DNA of 34,316 nucleotides from an uncultured Gammaproteobacteria bacterium (GTDB lineage Bacteria; Patescibacteriota; Patescibacteriia; 2-01-FULL-39-33): NCBI GenBank assembly GCA_964361645.1, contig CAYIBK010000003.1, positions 19,021 to 53,336 of the forward strand, read 5' to 3'. Shown piece by piece: positions 28,386 to 34,316 of this stretch (position 1 is its first letter; each line of letters starts with the position of its first letter). The notes under the pieces were generated by a model. It saw only the letters and a program-made list of their open reading frames with translations, ran no database searches and was not told where the DNA came from. The position numbers and the translations under genes were made by a program.

Positions 28386-28430
28386 ATTTGCTCCGCCATA
28401 TAGACGACATTCGAACTGGATTTATGTAAA

Positions 28431-28463
28431 TAAAAAAAGACGCATGAACAATGTTACGCGTCT
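28431..28463 (-). terminator. Minus-strand terminator
   Basis: Minus strand reads AGACGCGT...ATGCGTCT followed by a T run. Confidence 0.6.
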
Positions 28464-28565
28464 ACAACTATAATTTTGGATTTACTTGATTGACTTAGAA
28501 TATTCAGCAGTCACTTTGATAAATAAGCGCTGTTATTTAGCTATTATGGTGTTGGCCCTAATAAT

Positions 28566-28895
28566 TTAATACTGTTCCACACAGATGATCCCCTTGGGAG
28601 CATCATCAGCTTCAACAAGCAGTGCAATTGGAAGACGTGGGGCCATCTTAATCCAATGTCCATTACGGCCACCAGAGAGCAGCACCCAGACACTACCATT
28701 GAATCCATTTTGCGGTGTTGCAAGTACTCGATCTCCGTTTGCTAGGATATCACCCTTACGAAGTGCCAGTGGTTGAGCTATTCTAGTGGTTCGTAGAAGG
28801 TTACTGCCATCTCCTTTCCGGGAAAGGTATTCTTCATACCCGTAGGGTATTACAGAAACATCTCCAAATGATTCTTTTGGTGGTGGTGCTAACAT
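28566..28895 (-). CDS. Hypothetical protein
   Basis: 109 aa. SD GGGAGGT upstream, and promoter TTGACA(28972-28967)-16-TAGAAT(28950-28945). Visibly more GC-rich than core genes. Confidence 0.75.
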   Translation of the reverse strand: MLAPPPKESFGDVSVIPYGYEEYLSRKGDGSNLLRTTRIAQPLALRKGDILANGDRVLATPQNGFNGSVWVLLSGGRNGHWIKMAPRLPIALLVEADDAPKGIICVEQY

Positions 28896-29107
28896 TACTA
28901 TACCTCCCTTTGTGGTTTAGTTCGCCAACGTACAACAACATATTATTCTATCACATTCTTATAAAATGTCAATATCACGCCCAATTAATTATAACGTCCA
29001 GTTTAGGGTAATAAAAAATAGACCCACGCCAGCTTGATTGCTGACACGGGCTAAAAAATTGTTATTCTATAATCAAGAACTTGACTATGTAGTCTAAGTT
29101 CTTAAAT

Positions 29108-29647
29108 TTAATGGACTAATTCTGCACGAACCAAATAAACAAAACCGTAATTTCTAGTAAAGGCATTATTTATAGGGTGATCCCCTAATGTCGCAACCAG
29201 AGGATACTCATGGCGGCGAGAATTAACACTAAGACTGTATCGACAATAAGTGTAGAGGGTTTGATTATCAAGCACTGGATCATGCATGACGATTAAATCC
29301 GTCAAACCCATGCGCTTGATATCATCGGGGGAGAACATATCCATAACATCCCATACTAATTTGCCTGACGGTTTTTTCCAGCCACGTCTTTTGGCCTCCG
29401 CCTCGATGTTGCTCTCACCACGCTCACTATCCTCAAATTCACTACCCATGATAATTGCCGGAATAAAAATTTGACCCCGGTGCTTGCCTTTACTGGCCAC
29501 AAATTTTTTGCTGGGAATTAGACCTTGGGTACAAAGCGATCCACCTGAATCGGGAATTTTATCGAGAAGTTTACGGACAATACCGAGTACCTGACTCCGT
29601 GGCATTCCAACCTTTGCGATAGAAACCACGGAAACACCTGTTAGCAT
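29108..29647 (-). CDS. Hypothetical protein
   Basis: SD AAAGGAG 6 nt before ATG 29647. Promoter TTGACA(29827-29822)-17-TATTCT. Downstream hairpins at 29075-29103 and 29013-29058. Confidence 0.75.
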   Translation of the reverse strand: MLTGVSVVSIAKVGMPRSQVLGIVRKLLDKIPDSGGSLCTQGLIPSKKFVASKGKHRGQIFIPAIIMGSEFEDSERGESNIEAEAKRRGWKKPSGKLVWDVMDMFSPDDIKRMGLTDLIVMHDPVLDNQTLYTYCRYSLSVNSRRHEYPLVATLGDHPINNAFTRNYGFVYLVRAELVH

Positions 29648-30016
29648 AGTCAACTCCTTTCTGGGACGAGTGTCCGATGAGATTATGCCAATGGACTACC
29701 CCATGTAGTCATAGCTAGAAATCACCCATATATTGAGCAACTTTTAGCTAGGACCACATGTTTTTACAGGTAAATTGTATATTAAAGGACTACACCATAG
29801 AATATCATATATAAACATTTTTGTCAACCATAATTTGTCAAGTGGATCGTAAGATAAGATGCACACACATATTGCACTTTTGATAACCCAATGGTAGTGT
29901 TTTTTAGTATTTCCATTGGTATTTAAACTTAAACTAATTTTATTTCCTACTTATTTTGCTGGCGCTTTTATTTTATGATATTATGTATAAACCTTTATAA
30001 ATAATTTTTTAATACT

Positions 30017-32377
30017 ATGGGGGATAAATTAAATAACTGGCTTAATTCTGGGGCCAGTATTTTGGAATCTAACAAGGTTTCCAAGATCAGAAAAAGAGAT
30101 GGTCGTATTGTTGATTTTAATCAAGATAAGATCAAACAAGCTATTATTAAGGCTTTTACTGCCTCTAATAATTATGATTATAGTGTGGTAGATAAATTGA
30201 CAGAAAGCGTGGTTAATATTTTAAACAACCGTTATGGCTCCGAAAGCATACCTTCCATAGAAGATATCCAAAATGTGGTGGAAATTATTCTTATCCACAA
30301 TGATCTGCCAGCAGTAGCTAAAAATTACATCATTTATCGTGAAGAAAGATCAAAATCGCGCGAAAGGCAAAAGGCCATTTTAGATGGATTAACCACTAGT
30401 TTGCCTTATTCCGATAATGCCCTAAAAGTAATGGCTAAAAGGTATTTGAAAAAGGATCAAAACGAAAAAGTTTGTGAAACGCCAGAACAAATGATGGAAA
30501 GGGTGGTAGTTTCCTTGGCCGAGGTGGAGCATAGGTATGGCAAAAGCGATGAAAAAGTGGCTGAAATTAAAAATGATTTTTATGAAATACTAAGTAATTT
30601 TGAATTTACTCCGGCTGGCCGCACCCTTACTAATGCTGGCACTGATCTGCCCGTGGTAGCCAATTGTATTGTTTTGAATATTGAAGATTCCATGGACAGC
30701 ATTTTTGACACCCTAAAAGATGCTGCTCTATTACAGCAATCAGGATCTGGGCTAGGATTTCCCTTCCATACACTTAGGCCGGCTGGTTCTAGAGCCAAAA
30801 AATCGTGTGGGGTGGCTTCTGGGCCAGTTTCCTTTCTAAAAGTCTATGATCGGGCTTTTGGGGTTATTAAACAGCAAAATCGCCATGGTGCCAACATGGC
30901 AGTGATGAATGTGGAGCATCCTGATATTTTGGAATTTATCCATTGCAAAGCCAGAGAAGGCGAGATCAAGAATTTTAATATTTCCGTCGGTTTAACTGAT
31001 AGGTTTATGGAGGCAGTGGAAAAAAATGATCCAAATGTTTGGATGCCACGGTTTAAGGATCAGGATTATCCTTTGCATCGCATAGTTCGTGATGAACAAG
31101 ATACTATTTTAGATATTGTTGAGGAAAAAATGACTGCTCGGGAAATTTTCAATGAAATTATTTCGGCTGCTTGGAGCAACGGTGAGCCAGGCTGTGTTTT
31201 TTTGGATACAGTTAATAAAGTTAATCCGCTTCCAGGATTGGGTCGGATAGAAGCTTGCAACCCATGTGGTGAACAATTTTTGCATGACGGCGATGTTTGT
31301 AATTTAGGTTCTATAAACTTGGAAAAATTCGCCCACAATGGCGAAGTGCTCTGGGAAAGATTAAAACATGTCACCAAATCAGCTGTTAGAATGCTGGATA
31401 ATGTAACCGATATCACTCGGTATCAATCGCAAAAAGTGAATAATGTTTCCAAAGATAATAGGCGTATTGGCTTAGGCATTATGGGTTTTGCCGATATGCT
31501 TTATAAATTGGGCATTGGTTATAATACGCCAACAGGTTTTGCTATGGCTGAAAAAGTTATGAAAACCATCCAGGATTCGGCCCATGAAATGTCCCAAATG
31601 TTAGCCGAAGAAAAAAGTGTTTTTAAGAATTATGATCACTCGGTTTATAAAGAGAAAAATATCAAAATGCGCAATGCCGCTTTAACTAATATCGCTCCCA
31701 CTGGCACTATTTCTATGACTATGGATGTCTCGGGCGGGGTGGAGCCCTATTTTGCCTTGGCTTACTATTACAAACATGTCTTGGGTGGCGATGTTGACTT
31801 AACTTATTTTAATAAGCATTTGGAAAAAGCTCTCAAGGAACAAAATTGCTGGTCGGAAAGCATTAAAAAACAAATAGTCCAAAATGGCAGTGTGCAGAAT
31901 GTGGCTGGCATTCCGGAAAATATTAAAAAAGTTTTTGTCACCTCTATGGATATCTCAGCAGATGATCATATAAAAATGCAGGCCGCTTTCCAAAAATACT
32001 GCGACAATGCTATTTCTAAAACAGTTAATTTTCCCTATTCGGCTACCAAAAAAGATGTGATGGATGGCTATTTGATGGCTTGGAGGATGGGTTGCAAAGG
32101 TTGTACTGTTTATCGTGATGGTTCTCGTGACAAACAAATACTCAATATCGCCAAAGATAATAATGACGAACTTATGGACCCTAATGCCGGCATAACCGAT
32201 GAGATGGATATGGTTAATACCAGCAGTGTGGCTACAGAGGGTTATATCGCCATTAAAATTTCTGATAAACAAGAAATAATTGCCGGCGGGGTTTGTCCGG
32301 AATGCGGTGGATCATTGATGATTTTAGAAGGTTGTTATACTTGTTCTAATTGCGGGGTTAGTGCTTGTTCGATTTAG
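30017..32377 (+). CDS. nrdJ: Class II (adenosylcobalamin-dependent) ribonucleotide reductase with ATP cone
   Basis: IRKRDGRIVDFN ATP cone, NPCGEQ, RRIGLGIMG and IAPTGTIS. KGCTVYRDGS lacks the class I YY pair. C-terminal CPEC...CSNC...C. No nrdB nearby, and cobO is adjacent. Confidence 0.93.
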   Translation: MGDKLNNWLNSGASILESNKVSKIRKRDGRIVDFNQDKIKQAIIKAFTASNNYDYSVVDKLTESVVNILNNRYGSESIPSIEDIQNVVEIILIHNDLPAVAKNYIIYREERSKSRERQKAILDGLTTSLPYSDNALKVMAKRYLKKDQNEKVCETPEQMMERVVVSLAEVEHRYGKSDEKVAEIKNDFYEILSNFEFTPAGRTLTNAGTDLPVVANCIVLNIEDSMDSIFDTLKDAALLQQSGSGLGFPFHTLRPAGSRAKKSCGVASGPVSFLKVYDRAFGVIKQQNRHGANMAVMNVEHPDILEFIHCKAREGEIKNFNISVGLTDRFMEAVEKNDPNVWMPRFKDQDYPLHRIVRDEQDTILDIVEEKMTAREIFNEIISAAWSNGEPGCVFLDTVNKVNPLPGLGRIEACNPCGEQFLHDGDVCNLGSINLEKFAHNGEVLWERLKHVTKSAVRMLDNVTDITRYQSQKVNNVSKDNRRIGLGIMGFADMLYKLGIGYNTPTGFAMAEKVMKTIQDSAHEMSQMLAEEKSVFKNYDHSVYKEKNIKMRNAALTNIAPTGTISMTMDVSGGVEPYFALAYYYKHVLGGDVDLTYFNKHLEKALKEQNCWSESIKKQIVQNGSVQNVAGIPENIKKVFVTSMDISADDHIKMQAAFQKYCDNAISKTVNFPYSATKKDVMDGYLMAWRMGCKGCTVYRDGSRDKQILNIAKDNNDELMDPNAGITDEMDMVNTSSVATEGYIAIKISDKQEIIAGGVCPECGGSLMILEGCYTCSNCGVSACSI

Positions 32378-32379
32378 AC

Positions 32380-32611
32380 GTCATTGCGAACGAAGTGAAG
32401 CAATCCCAAGTGAAATAAAAGTGAGATTGCTTCGCTCCACTTTGTTTCGCTCGCAATGACAACTACTATTGTCATTGCGAGGAGTCCCCGTGAAGACGGG
32501 AAGCAATCCCAAGTGAAATAAAAGTGAGATTGCTTCGCTCCACTTTGTTTCGCCTGTCTGCCGATAGGCAGGCTCGCAATGACAAAGAGGAAGTATTTTT
32601 CTTGCAATGAC
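32380..32611. repeat. REP-like cluster 3: two full palindromic units plus a half-arm
   Basis: Units 32380-32460 and 32471-32583 share an identical core. Unit 2 has a 20-bp nested hairpin at 32553-32572. Confidence 0.92.
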
Positions 32612-32626
32612 AATAACTATAATTAT

Positions 32627-33142
32627 ATGATCCAAGTCTATTACGGTGATGGCAAAGGTAAAACCACCGCCTCTTTGGGGTTAGCCATCAGAGCTTTAGG
32701 CAGTGGTAAAAAAGTGGCCATTATATTTTTTGATAAAGGTGGCGAAAATTATAATGAAAGGAAAATTTTGGATAAATTAGGTATTGCTTATTTTTCTTAT
32801 GGCAGAGATAGACGGTTAGCTAATGGCCGATTTGATTTTTCTCTAAAGCACGAAGATTTACAAATGGCCAAGGAGTCCATGGCAAAATTACTGGAAATCC
32901 ATCATAATTATGATTTAATTATTTTAGACGAAGTTTTAAATGTTGTCAGATTAAAGATGATGCCACTTGAAGAACTGTTGGATTATTTAGATAATCAAAT
33001 GCCGAAAATTCTGGAATTAATCTTAACTGGTAGGGGATTATGGCCAGAAATAAGTGAGCGAGCTGATTTGGTAACAGAAATGAAGATGATTAAGCATTAT
33101 TTTCAAAAAAACTTGCCAGCCAGAGAAGGGATAGAGTATTAG
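32627..33142 (+). CDS. cobO: Cob(I)alamin adenosyltransferase (CobO/BtuR)
   Basis: IQVYYGDGKGKTTASLGLAIRA, YDLIILDE, ELILTGR and ADLVTEM...KHYF...AREGIEY. Confidence 0.93.
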   Translation: MIQVYYGDGKGKTTASLGLAIRALGSGKKVAIIFFDKGGENYNERKILDKLGIAYFSYGRDRRLANGRFDFSLKHEDLQMAKESMAKLLEIHHNYDLIILDEVLNVVRLKMMPLEELLDYLDNQMPKILELILTGRGLWPEISERADLVTEMKMIKHYFQKNLPAREGIEY

Positions 33143-33324
33143 CTTAAAAAAACAGCTCTGATGTTACCAATTATATCACGAAGAGTGATTTATCTCTTGA
33201 TATGTTAGTAGCTAAAGTTAAAAGTCCGCTTATATAAGATATAGTATTAATTGTGGTTTTATGTTATAATAAAAAAAGTTTAATTTTCATATTTATTTTA
33301 TAAAATTTTAAAAATAATATAGTT

Positions 33325-33720
33325 ATGTTTGGCAGAAAAAAACTAGAAAAAAATAAGAAAGTTTTACTAGTTGAGGATGATGCTCTTTTAGCTAATATAT
33401 TAATGGATTCCTTAATGAGAGAAAAATTTGATACAGTCAATATTAAGGATGGATTACAGGTAATGGAAGCGGCCAAGAAATTCCAGCCAGATGTGGTTTT
33501 GTTGGATTTGATTTTGCCAGGCTTAGATGGTTTTGAGGTTTTGAGGCAGTTAAAAAATGATGTCAAATTAAAAACAGTGCCGGTGTTTATAATTTCTAAT
33601 TTAGATAGTATTTCCGAAGTAGAATCAGCCAAGGCTTTGGGAGCGGAAGATTATTTTATTAAAGCCAATACCGATGTCGGAAAAATTATCAAAGCAGTCA
33701 AAAAAATAGCCAATAAATAA
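33325..33720 (+). CDS. Stand-alone response regulator receiver protein
   Basis: VLLVEDD, LLDLILPGLDG and DYFIKA. Paralog of 3771-4166. Confidence 0.92.
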   Translation: MFGRKKLEKNKKVLLVEDDALLANILMDSLMREKFDTVNIKDGLQVMEAAKKFQPDVVLLDLILPGLDGFEVLRQLKNDVKLKTVPVFIISNLDSISEVESAKALGAEDYFIKANTDVGKIIKAVKKIANK

Positions 33721-33936
33721 TATTTTGCCAATCAAACTATGGCCATGGTCTTGGCTGTTACTTTAATAGTTATTTTCTGGATTTATATAATAAGAAAGAG
33801 AGTTTTAGCTTCAGTTGCTGTTTAGAATTTGGTTAATGATATAATACTAACCCATCTTATTAGTTAAGGTGGGTTTAGTTGTCAAATATTCACTTTTCTG
33901 TTAAAATAGGGCATATATTTATAATTTAGATAAAAT

Positions 33937-34316
33937 ATGAGTTTATTATTGTGGATACTAGCTAGCACCATTGCTGTTAGTTTAATATCTTTAGTGGGAG
34001 TCTTAGTGTTGGTTTTTAAGGATGAATTTTTAAAAAAGATAGTTTTGTTGTTGGTGGCTTTTTCAGCTGGCTCGCTTATTGGTGGAGCTTTTTTGCATAT
34101 GATTCCGGAATCAATAAATCAACTTAAGAACAATCAAATTGTTTTTGTTTGGGTTATATTTGGTTTTTCAATTTTTTTCGCTCTGGAATTATTTATCCAC
34201 TGGCATCATTGTCATAGTATGGAATGTCAACATAAAGAATATCTCAAACCAACAGCTTATTTAATACTAATGGCCGATGGCTTGCATAATTTTATTGATG
34301 GCTTGGCTATTGCTGG
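33937..34316 (+). CDS. ZIP family metal transporter (3'-truncated, not in ORF track)
   Basis: LVAFSAGSLIGGAFLHMIPES...HWHHCH...ADGLHNFIDGLAIA. Confidence 0.92.
   Translation, partial: MSLLLWILASTIAVSLISLVGVLVLVFKDEFLKKIVLLLVAFSAGSLIGGAFLHMIPESINQLKNNQIVFVWVIFGFSIFFALELFIHWHHCHSMECQHKEYLKPTAYLILMADGLHNFIDGLAIA

Noticed and set aside
29075-29103. Integron attC site after an orphan gene
   Set aside because: A hairpin is present but without RYYYAAC/GTTRRRY ends, and there is no integron integrase.
29696-29900. NrdR boxes or a cobalamin riboswitch upstream of nrdJ
   Set aside because: Only partial NrdR-like matches (e.g. 29723-29738) without convincing tandem spacing, and no B12-box or riboswitch core is visible.
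30017-32377. Intein or intron in nrdJ
   Set aside because: The ORF is continuous and of normal length, NPCGEQ is intact, and there are no splicing motifs.

Overview
AT-rich bacterial chromosomal window using the standard code (TGA is stop). Gene content and style point to a Patescibacteria/CPR (Parcubacteria-like) genome; this is an inference. 1-12.7 kb is a type IV pilus/competence locus: PilN/O-like, pilB, a receiver protein, a degenerate PilT, pilC, major pilin, pilD and minor pilins, interrupted by two four-helix-bundle genes. Next come ligA, gatC-X-gatA, a thioredoxin-like gene, tRNA-Ser(GGA), redox genes, dedA-dnaG-rpoD, and a tRNA-Asn(GTT) split inside its anticodon by a 577-nt group I intron carrying an HNH ORF. 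The tRNA is followed by a small accessory region (probable recombinase remnant, ABC transporter with a nonsense codon, two orphans), then nrdJ-cobO, a second receiver protein and a partial ZIP transporter. Best leads: (1) the tRNA-Asn intron, whose HNH gene lies in loop L1 with its own promoter and a start-codon-sequestering hairpin; (2) an 84-bp palindromic element inserted in frame at the major pilin cleavage site, which regenerates that site; (3) inverted heptad-repeat cassettes, either loaded with a four-helix-bundle gene or empty, at gene junctions of the pilus operon; (4) an inverted att-like pair around the 2.7-kb segment after the tRNA; (5) modular, nested REP-like palindromes. All calls come from reading the sequence by eye; no searches were run.
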